A stretch of 14,635 nucleotides of DNA from a virus (IMGVR_UViG_2693429762_000010:1-14635); one strand, 5' to 3'. Positions 1 to 8,234 are shown, counted from the stretch's first letter. Numbers and translations are program-made. Notes: generated by a model from the sequence alone, not told the origin.

Positions 1-171
1 TCAATAAATCCCATCATTGCGATCAACCTCATCCTTAACCATTGATGCGAGCAGTTCTTCCAGTTTCTGCGCTGATAGCTTTACCTGGTGATCTTCAGCA
101 TCTTCCCGGGCTATTGTGGTTCGCGCAGTGGCTGATTTTGCTGACATCACCACAGGGGGCAGACGGACCAT
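1..171 (-). CDS. hypothetical small protein (48-56 aa; ORF could extend to 282)
   Basis: Minus-strand ORF ending in TGA at 1-3 (window starts on its stop). In-frame ATGs at 145-147 and 169-171, the latter preceded by GGAGG about 10 nt upstream. No recognisable motif; product not recognised. Confidence 0.3.
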   Translation of the reverse strand: MVRLPPVVMSAKSATARTTIAREDAEDHQVKLSAQKLEELLASMVKDEVDRNDGIY

Positions 172-235
172 TGAACCATGGCCTCCGGAACAAATAAGGG
201 CAAAAATAACAACCACTATCGAAAGCTCACAAACT

Positions 236-475
236 AACCGCAGCACGTTCCTGCATACGACGTGTCTGCGGCATAATCCCAATGATTACTCCCTGACAGG
301 ATTTGCAGGCCACTCAATATCAGGTGCAGTTGATGTATCAACACGATTCAACAATACCCGATATTTATTCCATGCCTCCAGCAACGATCTTTCTTCCTCC
401 GTTGCGATTTCCAGATCTACAGCATCCTGCAGTGACGCAATATACTCACTGAATTCCTGGATGTAGAACTGTGTG
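236..475. repeat. direct repeat copy A (3' end of tfa plus downstream stem-loop)
   Basis: About 240 bp aligns by eye with 1284-1524 at roughly 85-90% identity, same orientation. Includes a degenerate copy of the GC-rich hairpin CCGCAGCACG...CGTG(T)CTGCGG. Confidence 0.7.
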
Positions 476-555
476 GTGACGGTCTTCCAGCCATTCGGCT
501 CCTGCTGTATCGAAGCATACCAGGCTATTTCAATATCGCTATGCTGCGGCAGCAT
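286..555 (-). pseudogene. tfa: tail fibre assembly protein C-terminal fragment (tfa', TfaX-like)
   Basis: 89-aa ORF whose last ~55 aa ([48 protein letters not shown]) nearly duplicate the C-terminus of the full Tfa at 1335-1919. The N-terminal ~35 aa are unrelated and the ORF is far shorter than the ~194-aa full protein. Confidence 0.6.
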
Positions 556-582
556 TTAACCCCTTGTAATTCATCGCCATAA

Positions 583-611
583 TTGATTTAATTCACAAAT
601 AAAACTATAAC
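583..611 (+). promoter_or_regulatory. putative sigma70 promoter for the methyltransferase gene
   Basis: TTGATT (583-588), 17-bp spacer, TATAAC (606-611) directly upstream of the ORF. Sequence match only. Confidence 0.3.
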
Positions 612-623
612 ATGGTGAAATCA

Positions 624-1280
624 ATGAAAAAAAACACAGATGATGGGGCTAAAATTTACACACCACTTACCCTAAAGCTTTATGACTGGTGGGTTTTGGG
701 AGTATCAAATCGGCTTGCATGGGGATGTCCTACAAAGGAACACCTTCTTCCACACTTTCTGGAACATGTAGGTAACAACCATCTGGATATTGGTGTTGGA
801 ACTGGGTTTTACCTTACTCACGTACCTGAGAGTAGTCTGATATCTTTAATGGATTTGAACGAAGCTAGCCTGAACGCGGCATCTACAAGGGCTGGGGAAT
901 CAAAAATTAAACATAAAATTAGCCATGATGTTTTTGAACCTTATCCCGCGGCGTTACATGGTCAATTTGATTCCATTTCCATGTTTTACCTTCTTCACTG
1001 CCTGCCTGGAAATATATCTACAAAAAGCTGTGTAATACGCAATGCGGCGCAGGCCTTAACTGACGATGGAACTCTATACGGAGCCACAATTCTTGGCGAT
1101 GGAGTTGTGCACAATAGCTTCGGTCAAAAACTGATGCGCATTTACAATCAGAAAGGCATCTTTTCAAACACAAAAGATTCCGAAGAAGGCTTAACACATA
1201 TACTCTCAGAGCATTTCGAGAATGTTAAAACCAAGGTTCAAGGTACTGTAGTAATGTTTTCCGCTTCAGGGAAAAAATAG
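624..1280 (+). CDS. class I SAM-dependent methyltransferase (YbcY-like by synteny)
   Basis: 218-222 aa ORF on the strand opposite the late genes. Glycine-rich motif I DIGVGTG plus hydrophobic YLLHCLPG block typical of Rossmann-fold SAM methyltransferases. GGTGA 5 nt upstream of the ATG at 624; an alternative ATG at 612 has no SD. Sits between tfa and tfa' as ybcY does in E. coli K-12 DLP12 (from memory). Confidence 0.75.
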   Translation: MKKNTDDGAKIYTPLTLKLYDWWVLGVSNRLAWGCPTKEHLLPHFLEHVGNNHLDIGVGTGFYLTHVPESSLISLMDLNEASLNAASTRAGESKIKHKISHDVFEPYPAALHGQFDSISMFYLLHCLPGNISTKSCVIRNAAQALTDDGTLYGATILGDGVVHNSFGQKLMRIYNQKGIFSNTKDSEEGLTHILSEHFENVKTKVQGTVVMFSASGKK

Positions 1281-1283
1281 CAT

Positions 1284-1524
1284 CCAACCGCAGCACGTTC
1301 TTGCTTAAGACGTGCTGCGGCATAATCCCAATGATTACTCCCTGACAGGGTTCGTAGGCCACTCAATATCAGGTGCAGTTGATGTATCAACACGGTTCAG
1401 CAACACCCGATACTTTTTCCAGGCTTCCAGCAATGAGGTTTCTTCCTCCGTTGCAATTTCCAGATCTGCAGCATCCTGAAGCGGCGCAATATGCTCACTG
1501 GCTACCTGCATCAGGTTGTTTTTT
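1284..1524. repeat. direct repeat copy B (3' end of tfa plus downstream stem-loop)
   Basis: Partner of 236-475; the two copies bracket the methyltransferase gene. Confidence 0.7.
1288..1320. terminator. GC-rich stem-loop between convergent methyltransferase and tfa genes
   Basis: CCGCAGCACGTTCTT / AAGACGTGCTGCGG forms a ~14-bp stem with one bulge and a 4-nt loop, 8 nt after the methyltransferase stop and 15 nt after the tfa stop. No immediately adjacent U-tract on either strand, so terminator function is uncertain. Confidence 0.4.
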
Positions 1525-1919
1525 GTTTCTTCCGCCTCCCGGATCCGGAACATTTTTTCTGCTTCCGTATCCTTCACCCAGGCTGTGCCGTTCCACTTCT
1601 GAAACTCCCCTTCCGGCGATAACCAGGTAACATTTTCCGGTAACGGACCGAGTTCAGAAATAAATAACTCGTCCCCTGACGCTACGTCATAAACCGTTTT
1701 ACCCCGATGGTCTTCAACGAGATGCCACGATGCCTCATCACTGTTGAAAACAGCCACAAAGCCAGCAGGAATATCTGGTGGTGCAATATCGGTACTGTTT
1801 GCTGGCAGACCTGTATGAGGCGGAATATATGCGTCACCTTCACCAATAAATTCATTAGTTCCGGCCAGCAGATTATAAATTTTTATGGTCCGTGCTTGTT
1901 CACTCATTCTGAATGCCAT
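1335..1919 (-). CDS. tfa: tail fibre assembly protein Tfa (lambda Tfa / TfaE / TfaQ family)
   Basis: 194-aa ORF starting [39 protein letters not shown] and ending [11 protein letters not shown], closely matching remembered E. coli prophage Tfa proteins. Its ATG overlaps the stop of the upstream tail-fibre ORF (TAATG). Confidence 0.92.
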   Translation of the reverse strand: MAFRMSEQARTIKIYNLLAGTNEFIGEGDAYIPPHTGLPANSTDIAPPDIPAGFVAVFNSDEASWHLVEDHRGKTVYDVASGDELFISELGPLPENVTWLSPEGEFQKWNGTAWVKDTEAEKMFRIREAEETKNNLMQVASEHIAPLQDAADLEIATEEETSLLEAWKKYRVLLNRVDTSTAPDIEWPTNPVRE

Positions 1920-2850
1920 TATGCAAGCCTCACAATATAGTTAAATGCGATGTTTTTGACGGTGTTTTCCGCGTTACCAGCAGCGTTAACGGTGATGGTG
2001 TGTCCATGTGAACCAATCGCAACGGAGTGCGTATGCGCACCAATACCTACAGTATGTGCATGTGCGCCAGAACTTGCTGCAGTACCAGACAGCGAGTGGG
2101 TATGAGCACCTGCTGACTGTGTCTGAATACGTTGATAATACGATCTACGGGAAGAAGTCCCCGGGCTTACTTGATACTGTGAATCCTGGACATAAGTGAA
2201 CCCACCGCCATCATAAAATGCTAACGCAGAACCGCCGCCTCCTGGCCAACGAATACCATTACCATGAGTATGATCACCGGCAGACCCCGTAGCAAGGTCA
2301 TAGGCTGCCTTTACCGACTTTGGCGTTGCCGCCAGCATTTCAGATGTGCTGTTGGTCGCGTTGCTAAGCTGAACTATCCCTTTCTGTGCTGTCGTTGCAT
2401 CCTGTGCGGTGTATTTCCCGTTAGCCAGCTCATACGCGGCCTTAACGGCTTTTGGCGTTGCCGCCAGTGACTCGGAAGTGCTGTTAGTCGCACTGCTGAG
2501 CTGAACTATCCCCTTTTTCGTCGTGCTCGCATCCTCAAGCGCCACGGCGGATGCAATATCCTCTGCCCGTTTTGCCGCTGTCTCAGCGCGCGTTGCCGCG
2601 GATTCCGCCGTACTTTTGCTCTGAGCTGCCGCCGTCGCACTGCCAGCTGCCTCTGTCGCCTTCGTGGATGCCGTCGTGGCGCTGCCCTTCGCTGCTGACG
2701 CCTGTCTGGTCGCCTCATCTTTTGAAGCAGACGCAGATGATGCCGATGACGCCGCCGAACTGGCGGACGATGCGGCAGCCGTTTTTGAGGATTCTGCGCT
2801 GGTTTCCGACGCTTTCGCGTTCGTCTCGGATGTCTTCGCTGCGGAATCCC
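1919..2850 (-). pseudogene. stf: side tail fibre (Stf) C-terminal remnant, 5' part deleted
   Basis: Frame ends ...[31 protein letters not shown] with the His-rich HTHS repeats and duplicated KGIVQLS(S/N)ATNSTSE motif of lambda Stf. Homology ([12 protein letters not shown]...) runs upstream in-frame to a stop at 2879-2881 with no credible start; the natural N-terminal ~2/3 is missing. Confidence 0.75.
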
Positions 2851-2859
2851 GCTGCTGCC

Positions 2860-2937
2860 TGTGGCGGTGTGAGCCGGATCATTACCGGCAAAAATATGTA
2901 CTTCCGCACGCTGTTCAGTGATGGTTTTCGTCACCAT
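2860..2937 (-). pseudogene. D: head decoration protein D N-terminal fragment (D'), fused out of frame to stf'
   Basis: ATG at 2935-2937 opens [26 protein letters not shown], matching the lambda gpD N-terminus (…GNSDPAHTAT…) from memory. Homology stops after ~26 codons and the stf frame takes over near 2850-2860. Confidence 0.5.
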
Positions 2938-2973
2938 ATTGTTAAAACCTCGTATTGATGTTCAGCACTGACT

Positions 2974-4425
2974 TCATGGCATGGCCATGAGCATTTTCAC
3001 GTCCGCATCACCGTCTTCTGACGCCTGTGACACGCCCCCCTGGACCGCAGCCGGTGAATGGTTCGCCATGAAATGTTCAAACAGGGCGGTTGTGGATGCA
3101 GAGACCGGTTCTGCCTTACCTGATCCCGCAGCCAGCACAGCCCGGGCGCTCTCCACGGTCATTCCCGGGCAGGCAGCCAGCTGTTCAGCCTGCGCCTCAG
3201 CCCCTTTTGCCTCATCCAGGGCCATGATCTGATCACGGAGTGATGGTCCGGCATTCGCCTGCGGTGAAGCAGCCAGGATCGGGCGGGCTTTTTCCACCGT
3301 CATCTCCGGCATCGCCGCCAGCGTTACTGCCAGTTGTTCACGACCGTTCGCTTCTTCACACGCCATAATGCGATCGGCTTCACTCTGCGCGGATGCCACC
3401 GGCTGCTGCGGTGCCGCCGCGGCCAGAATCGCCCGGGCCTGTTCAACGCTCATGCCCTGTTGCCCTGCCAGCATCGTGGCAAGCTGTTCACGTCCTTTCG
3501 CTTCCTGGCATGTCAGGATCCCCATCACTCGCTGGTTCTCCTGCACGGCGGCTTCCGTTGCAGTTAATTGCGGCATAGTGCCTCCTCTGACATTACTGTT
3601 CAGCGCCGTGGCCATCACACTGATGGCATCCGACGCATTGATTAATTCATCCGCCAGCCCGGCCTCAATGCCGGACTGACCTTCAAAAACGGCGGCCTCT
3701 GTTCCCGTGACCGCATCCACAGACAACCCGGTATACATCGCCACTTTTTCGGCAAACATCCGGTGCGCCGCATCAATCCGCTGCTGCATATCCTGGCGAA
3801 CCTCTGCCGGCAACGCTTCAAACTGATTGCCATCCACCTTGTGCGCCCCGGCATAAATCAGCGTGATATCCACACCGGCCTGCGCCAGATGACCGGCATA
3901 GCTGACATGGCTCATCATCACGCCAATGGAGCCGATACGGGATGTCTGGGTAACCAGCCGTCGGGAGCAGGCCGACGCCAGCAGCATGGCTGCAGAACAG
4001 GCCGTGTCATTGCACAGTGCCCAGACCGGCTTCTGCTGACGGAGGCGGTAAATCATGTCAGCGCAGTCAAACGCGCCGGCGGCCTGCCCGCCCGGACTGT
4101 CAATGTCCAGCAGTATGCCCCGCACCTGGCTATCTGCCATTGCCTGCTGAAGACAGGCGACAATGCCGTCATAGCCAGTCATTCCGGAAAATGGCCGCAT
4201 CCCCCCCAGCCGGTGCACCAGCGTGCCGCTCACCGGCAGTACCGCAATACCGTTCACCACCCGGTAAACACGGGCCGGTCGTTTACCTCCGGCCATGTAC
4301 TCGTCCGTTTCAGCCAGCATTCCGGGAGCATCAAGCTGTACCTGCTGTTGTGGTACCGAAAGACTTGCTGCCCCCATCTCGCGCCCGAGCGCGCAAAAGA
4401 AAACCCGCGCATAGCAGGGCCGCAT
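2974..4425 (-). CDS. C: lambda gpC-like head maturation protease/scaffold (S49 ClpP-like), natural N-terminus deleted
   Basis: YARVFFCAL…NGIAVLPVSGTL…GILLDIDSPGG…AFDCADMIYR…PVWALCNDTACSAAMLLASACSRRLVTQTSRIGSIGVMM aligns with remembered lambda gpC, with a repeated C-terminal EEA(K/N)GREQLA motif. Homology begins at YARVFF; the first in-frame ATG (4423-4425) lies in out-of-frame portal-derived sequence, so expression is doubtful. Confidence 0.7.
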   Translation of the reverse strand: MRPCYARVFFCALGREMGAASLSVPQQQVQLDAPGMLAETDEYMAGGKRPARVYRVVNGIAVLPVSGTLVHRLGGMRPFSGMTGYDGIVACLQQAMADSQVRGILLDIDSPGGQAAGAFDCADMIYRLRQQKPVWALCNDTACSAAMLLASACSRRLVTQTSRIGSIGVMMSHVSYAGHLAQAGVDITLIYAGAHKVDGNQFEALPAEVRQDMQQRIDAAHRMFAEKVAMYTGLSVDAVTGTEAAVFEGQSGIEAGLADELINASDAISVMATALNSNVRGGTMPQLTATEAAVQENQRVMGILTCQEAKGREQLATMLAGQQGMSVEQARAILAAAAPQQPVASAQSEADRIMACEEANGREQLAVTLAAMPEMTVEKARPILAASPQANAGPSLRDQIMALDEAKGAEAQAEQLAACPGMTVESARAVLAAGSGKAEPVSASTTALFEHFMANHSPAAVQGGVSQASEDGDADVKMLMAMP

Positions 4426-4552
4426 CGGCACTCTGCGCCGGTGGCAACCACTCCGCCATTTGCCCGCCAAATCCTGCGCCGCCCCCGTTGTAGCTGAGAC
4501 TCTCACGAAGCGGAACGCCGTTCACATCAATCAGGACAGGCGTTCGTTTCAT
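4406..4552 (-). pseudogene. B: portal protein B N-terminal fragment (B'), ~49 codons
   Basis: MKRTPVLIDVNGVPLRESLSYNGGGAGFGGQMAEWLPPAQSADAALL matches the lambda gpB N-terminus (…GGGSGFGGQLRSWNPPSESVDAALL…). Sequence then switches to gpC homology in another frame; start overlaps the W stop in the usual ATGA arrangement. Confidence 0.6.
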
Positions 4553-4755
4553 AACCTCACTCCCAGCGGACGACGGCGACGTCGGGTTGTCCCCAGTACC
4601 GACTCCGCATCATTGATCGCCCGGTTAAGCTCATCCAGAGAAGCCGCCGTATATTCAATTCTGCGACCATCTTTCTGGACAGACACCACCCGTTTACCGG
4701 TTAATAAATCAAGGCGCGCCTGACGCAGCGCCTGTAGTTCAGCGACTGTAACCAT
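4549..4755 (-). CDS. W: head-tail joining protein W
   Basis: 68-aa [42 protein letters not shown]… aligns along its length with lambda gpW (…[23 protein letters not shown]…). Confidence 0.85.
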   Translation of the reverse strand: MVTVAELQALRQARLDLLTGKRVVSVQKDGRRIEYTAASLDELNRAINDAESVLGTTRRRRRPLGVRL

Positions 4756-6379
4756 TCACTCCTCCGGACAGCTTCGCTGCCAGTTCTTTAAGGGTTGGCC
4801 GGGTCGTCTCTTCTTCCCGGGATTTTGCCAGTACAGCCAGATCAAGCTGCCAGCGTTGCACGGACACACGTAATGCCGCGTAGGCATACACCAGGCAGTC
4901 CAGCGCTTCGTTACGCCGCTTTTTGTTATCCCACAGCAGACGCATCTTTCCTTTTTCCCACTTCTCCACAAGCTCTTCCGCGACCAGTTGCTGCGCCTCT
5001 GTCTGCGAAAAAATCTCCGGATCATCAGGAAAACGGATGGCATACGACGTGGCTTCATCCGCAGACGTGGGATCGGCTTTCATACGGGCATAGAGAATTT
5101 CTTTTGCGGTGTCCGTCCCCACTTCACACAGATACACGCCCCGCTGATTGCGGGTTTTCGGCATGGTGATCACCGGCTTGCCATAGACAGATGCGCCTTT
5201 TACCGGCAGCACCCGGAAAACACCGTGTTTTTTTGACCTCTGATAGACAATTTCACCATCGATCCCCCCGGTGTCCCAGCAGACACGGGAAATGGTCATT
5301 TCGGTTCCGTCTGCATGGCAGTATTTTTTGTTGATCGCCGCATCCACACGTAACAGCGTCTCTTCCTCATCGGGACGGCCCATAATGATGATTTTATCCA
5401 CCAGAAAAGCTTCCTCTCCCGGTGCCCATCCCCAGACATACATCTCAAAACGGTTTCGCTGCGAGTCAATGCCCGCCGTCAGATAAACCACCCGGGCTGG
5501 CACCGCCGCCGTGTAATGCACGACCTTATCCATCAGTACCTGGTGATCGAGTTTTTCGCCCACGGCCTCTTCCCAGGTCTCGCCCAGCGTGGTGTTCACA
5601 AAGGTTTTCAGGCCGTTGGGATCTTTCAGTGCATCCAGCCAGTCATAGACTATCTGTACCCAGGTGGTGAACGGACTGTACGCCGTCCAGATATGGAACG
5701 TGATGGAGCGCGGCGGCGGAATTTCATTATCCGCGGCGCTGAAAAACGTCAGACCGTCACGGGTCCACATCCCCGTGTTTTCACAGATCCACCGCCCGTT
5801 GCTCTGGTCAAGCTCAGACTGATGGATCACGCAGCCATGATGTTCACAGAGGTAGAAAACGCTTTCGGGGCTGTCCTTCTCCCATTTAAGGCCAAAAGGC
5901 GTGGATTCATCGCCAAATTTCAGATACTGCTCCTCCCCACAGTGTGGGCAGGGCACATAAAAACGCATGAAATGCGCCGACTCGTTGGCCGCTTTTTCGA
6001 TCTGGCAGGTGCCTTTGATTTTAGGCGTCGAGCCGCGAATGGATTTGGGCCATACAGAGCCCTCAATACGTTTATCCCCAAGCAGGGTTGGCGAACCCTC
6101 TTTTTCGACATCCGGTTCGAACGAGGAAAGTTCGTCATAGCAGACCACGTCCACGGATTTTTCACGGTAGTTTTTAGCGGCAGCCCCGCCCAGGCACCAG
6201 AAGCCCACGCCCGATGAAAAACGTTTCAGCGTGAGGGTATTATCACGATGTTTACGCCCAAACCACGGTGCAAGATCGAGTAAAACCGGCACATCCCTGA
6301 TCGTGGGTTCCACATGAGATTTCATAAAATCTTCAGCAGCAGAACCCCTGACTCTGCCAGGCGGTGATGGTCCTGACAT
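4739..6379 (-). CDS. A: terminase large subunit gpA homolog lacking the N-terminal ~90 residues (Nu1'-'A deletion fusion; probably non-functional)
   Basis: [17 protein letters not shown]…[18 protein letters not shown]…[16 protein letters not shown]…[10 protein letters not shown]…[12 protein letters not shown] closely matches lambda gpA from about residue 95 onward. The N-terminal region, including the Walker A segment remembered near residue 80, is absent. In-frame ATGs at 6379 and 6325. Confidence 0.85.
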   Translation of the reverse strand: MSGPSPPGRVRGSAAEDFMKSHVEPTIRDVPVLLDLAPWFGRKHRDNTLTLKRFSSGVGFWCLGGAAAKNYREKSVDVVCYDELSSFEPDVEKEGSPTLLGDKRIEGSVWPKSIRGSTPKIKGTCQIEKAANESAHFMRFYVPCPHCGEEQYLKFGDESTPFGLKWEKDSPESVFYLCEHHGCVIHQSELDQSNGRWICENTGMWTRDGLTFFSAADNEIPPPRSITFHIWTAYSPFTTWVQIVYDWLDALKDPNGLKTFVNTTLGETWEEAVGEKLDHQVLMDKVVHYTAAVPARVVYLTAGIDSQRNRFEMYVWGWAPGEEAFLVDKIIIMGRPDEEETLLRVDAAINKKYCHADGTEMTISRVCWDTGGIDGEIVYQRSKKHGVFRVLPVKGASVYGKPVITMPKTRNQRGVYLCEVGTDTAKEILYARMKADPTSADEATSYAIRFPDDPEIFSQTEAQQLVAEELVEKWEKGKMRLLWDNKKRRNEALDCLVYAYAALRVSVQRWQLDLAVLAKSREEETTRPTLKELAAKLSGGVNGYSR

Positions 6380-6422
6380 CAACGCCAAAAATATCGGCCA
6401 GTTTTTTCTTATTGACGTTCAT
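6333..6422 (-). pseudogene. nu1: terminase small subunit Nu1 remnant (first ~26 codons only)
   Basis: ATG at 6420-6422 opens [26 protein letters not shown] (lambda Nu1: MEVNKKQLADIFGASIRTIQNWQEQG…), then runs into a stop after 3 more codons where gpA-homologous sequence begins. Confidence 0.6.
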
Positions 6423-6559
6423 ACACTCCCCCGGGAACCAGAAAGGATCTGAAAATGGCGTTTTCTAACAAAAACAGCCTTTGTCAGATCCTTTTATATT
6501 TTTAAAATTCTATTGATAATCAATCAGTTAAAAAGAAGAAGAACGGATCTGATTTTTCC

Positions 6560-6620
6560 CTAAAAATTTTCATAAATAGCGAAAACCCGCGAGGTCGCCG
6601 CCCCGTAACCGGTCGGATCG
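6560..6620 (-). other. cos site (cosN cohesive-end sequence with flanking cosQ/cosB regions)
   Basis: Minus strand reads GGGGCGGCGACCTCGCGGGTTTTCGCTATTTATGAAAATTTT, matching the lambda left end. The 12-nt cohesive-end sequence GGGCGGCGACCT lies at 6592-6603, about 170 bp upstream of the Nu1' start. Confidence 0.8.
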
Positions 6621-6639
6621 CCGGAAAGGACCCACGAAA

Positions 6640-6654
6640 TGATAATGATTATCA
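6640..6654. promoter_or_regulatory. perfect 7-1-7 inverted repeat TGATAATgATTATCA (Fur-box-like)
   Basis: Matches the TGATAATnATTATCA half-site model of the Fur box; about 37 bp from cosN and 155 bp upstream of the RHH-like ORF. Could be a coincidental AT-rich palindrome. Confidence 0.3.
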
Positions 6655-6809
6655 TCTATATAAGGTTTATCACAACATGTGTGTACGCCATCAAACCACG
6701 AGAAATAATCAATTATGACGCAGGTATCGTATTAATTGATCTGCGTCAAATTAACGTAAAAGCAACTTCAGATAATACAAATCAGCAACACTGAATATGG
6801 GGAAACATT

Positions 6810-6995
6810 ATGTCATCAAAGAACAGAACCCGCAGAACAACAACCCGCAACATCCGATTTCCAAACCAGATGATTGAACAAATTAACATCGCTCTTGATC
6901 TGAAAGGTTCAGGAAACTTTTCAGCGTGGGTTATTGAAGCCTGCAGAAGAAGGCTGTCAACAGAGAGTTCGGGTATGAATTACATAATTAAGTAA
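6810..6995 (+). CDS. small predicted ribbon-helix-helix DNA-binding protein
   Basis: 61-aa ORF with GGGGAA upstream. Pattern RNIRFPNQMIEQINIALDLKGSGNFSAWVIEACRRRL fits the beta-strand/helix/turn/helix layout of Arc/MetJ/CopG proteins. Equivalent small ORF remembered at the lambda right end. Confidence 0.55.
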   Translation: MSSKNRTRRTTTRNIRFPNQMIEQINIALDLKGSGNFSAWVIEACRRRLSTESSGMNYIIK

Positions 6996-7127
6996 CATGG
7001 TGTTCACAGAACACGCAGTTACCGGACACATCAGTTTTCCATTCGCTCCCCGGCAGTACAGGCTTCCCCTCTGACGGGATAGCCTGAAAAAATAACACAG
7101 AAAATTATTTGTTATAATTAATATAAC

Positions 7128-7268
7128 TTACTCAAAAAAAAGCGACGAGAAAATCAGCATCAACGAACAATAAGCGCCAATACGTGATAACAAATGGCAG
7201 CCATATTTATCTGCAGTATAAGCAATGGACAGGATAACCACACCAGAAACCGTCAGCATAAAATCCAT
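7128..7268 (-). CDS. hypothetical small hydrophobic protein (46 aa)
   Basis: ORF below the track's size cut-off found by manual translation: MDFMLTVSGVVILSIAYTADKYGCHLLSRIGAYCSLMLIFSSLFFE, with GGGGAAG 6 nt upstream. One or two predicted TM segments. Could be chance. Confidence 0.3.
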   Translation of the reverse strand: MDFMLTVSGVVILSIAYTADKYGCHLLSRIGAYCSLMLIFSSLFFE

Positions 7269-7618
7269 TTGAACTTCCCCGGACAAAATCGACTCATCTA
7301 AAGATTTACAGCTCTTTTTATTATCAATATGTTAAAAGTAAAATAAACAGATGTTCAATAACACGAATACAAAAACGTGCTGAAATTCAATGAATCCATT
7401 TCTGTGTCATCAATTAATAGTGATAAACATCCGGCTTCTTCCACCATCGCACCGGACAGGCGACTATGAGGGGACAACGCCGCGCTCCGTTAACGCGGTA
7501 AACCCCGGTGTGTATCGTTTTTGATTATCCCCGCACACTCGCGCAGAGGAGTCTCCCTGTCGGGCTGCGGTCTCTGTTAATGAGGGAATACAGCGACGAT
7601 ACGGCGCATCAACAAAAC

Positions 7619-8077
7619 TTATTTCAGGCACTGAGTGCGGATATAGTCCTGTGCCCCTTCCAGTTGCTTGTGCATCGTCATCAGCCGCTCTCTGAGGGTG
7701 AAATAATCCCGTGTAACGGTGTCTGCCAGTTGGGGGCCGGTTGCATTATCCACGCCGGAGGTGGTGGGGGCTTCACGCACGGAGCCTGGACAGGTGGCGT
7801 TGATCCGCAGGCGCTTACGACCAGCGGCAACATCAGCGCGCAGAGTTTCATTTTCAGCTCTCGCATCGGATAATTCCCTCGAGTATTTTGCATCGAGCGC
7901 AGCAACATCGCGCTGGCGCACCTGCATATCAGTAATGGTTGCGTTCGCCAGCTTCAGTTCACTGGCTTTGTTATCGCGCTGCGCTTTGTAGGTAATCGCG
8001 TTATCACGGTAATGGTCTGTTGCCATCCACAGCGCACCACAGGCCACCAGCAGAATAACGATAAACGCGGAAAGCAT
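7619..8077 (-). CDS. Rz: i-spanin Rz
   Basis: N-terminal TM segment [17 protein letters not shown] followed by [45 protein letters not shown]…, aligning with lambda Rz. ATG at 8075-8077; an in-frame GTG at 8092 is an alternative start. Confidence 0.85.
   Translation of the reverse strand: MLSAFIVILLVACGALWMATDHYRDNAITYKAQRDNKASELKLANATITDMQVRQRDVAALDAKYSRELSDARAENETLRADVAAGRKRLRINATCPGSVREAPTTSGVDNATGPQLADTVTRDYFTLRERLMTMHKQLEGAQDYIRTQCLK
7681..7866 (-). CDS. Rz1: o-spanin Rz1 lipoprotein embedded in the +1 frame of Rz
   Basis: [61 protein letters not shown] has lipobox VVSAC with Cys at position 20 and the proline-rich core, as in lambda Rz1. Confidence 0.8.
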   Translation of the reverse strand: MRELKMKLCALMLPLVVSACGSTPPVQAPCVKPPPPPAWIMQPAPNWQTPLHGIISPSESG

Positions 8078-8088
8078 TCGGTTTATGT

Positions 8089-8220
8089 TCACCCCAGCAA
8101 CCCCGACGAAGACAACATCATCCAGGCCATGGAAAGAAAAAGAGCAACCAGCATTAGTGAAAATGAAATGCCGACAATTACACAGAGGATCTTCGCCAGC
8201 GTTATGAGTTTGTCTGACAT
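8089..8220 (-). CDS. hypothetical small membrane protein (43 aa)
   Basis: [43 protein letters not shown], single predicted TM helix. Strong SD GGGAGGA 7 nt upstream; stop abuts the Rz start region. Confidence 0.4.
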   Translation of the reverse strand: MSDKLITLAKILCVIVGISFSLMLVALFLSMAWMMLSSSGLLG

Positions 8221-8234
8221 GCTTAATCCTCCCT

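Noticed and set aside
116-1940. Plus-strand ORFs antisense to tfa and tfa' (116-466, 1373-1630, 1707-1940)
   Set aside because: They overlap well-supported minus-strand tfa coding sequence and lack start signals.
2506-2958. Arg-rich 143-aa minus ORF and 135-aa plus ORF overlapping the tail-fibre remnant
   Set aside because: These are alternative reading frames of the Ala/Ser-rich Stf coding sequence (GC-rich repeats give long open frames in several phases). Only the first ~26 codons of the 2506-2937 frame are meaningful, as the gpD N-terminal fragment.
2981-4497. Plus-strand ORFs (up to 244 aa) antisense to the gpC-like gene
   Set aside because: Fully contained in the gpC homolog on the opposite strand; Pro/Arg-rich low-complexity translations typical of antisense frames.
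4756-6217. Several 80-230-aa ORFs on both strands inside the terminase gene (4756-5058, 4795-5169, 5516-6217 and others)
   Set aside because: They overlap the strongly supported gpA frame, have no recognisable motifs, and are typical of antisense or off-frame ORFs in GC-rich coding DNA.
7062-7095. Inverted repeat CAGGCT…AGCCTG followed by an A-run
   Set aside because: The run is A-rich on the plus strand and precedes the hairpin on the minus strand, so it does not form a canonical intrinsic terminator in either direction.
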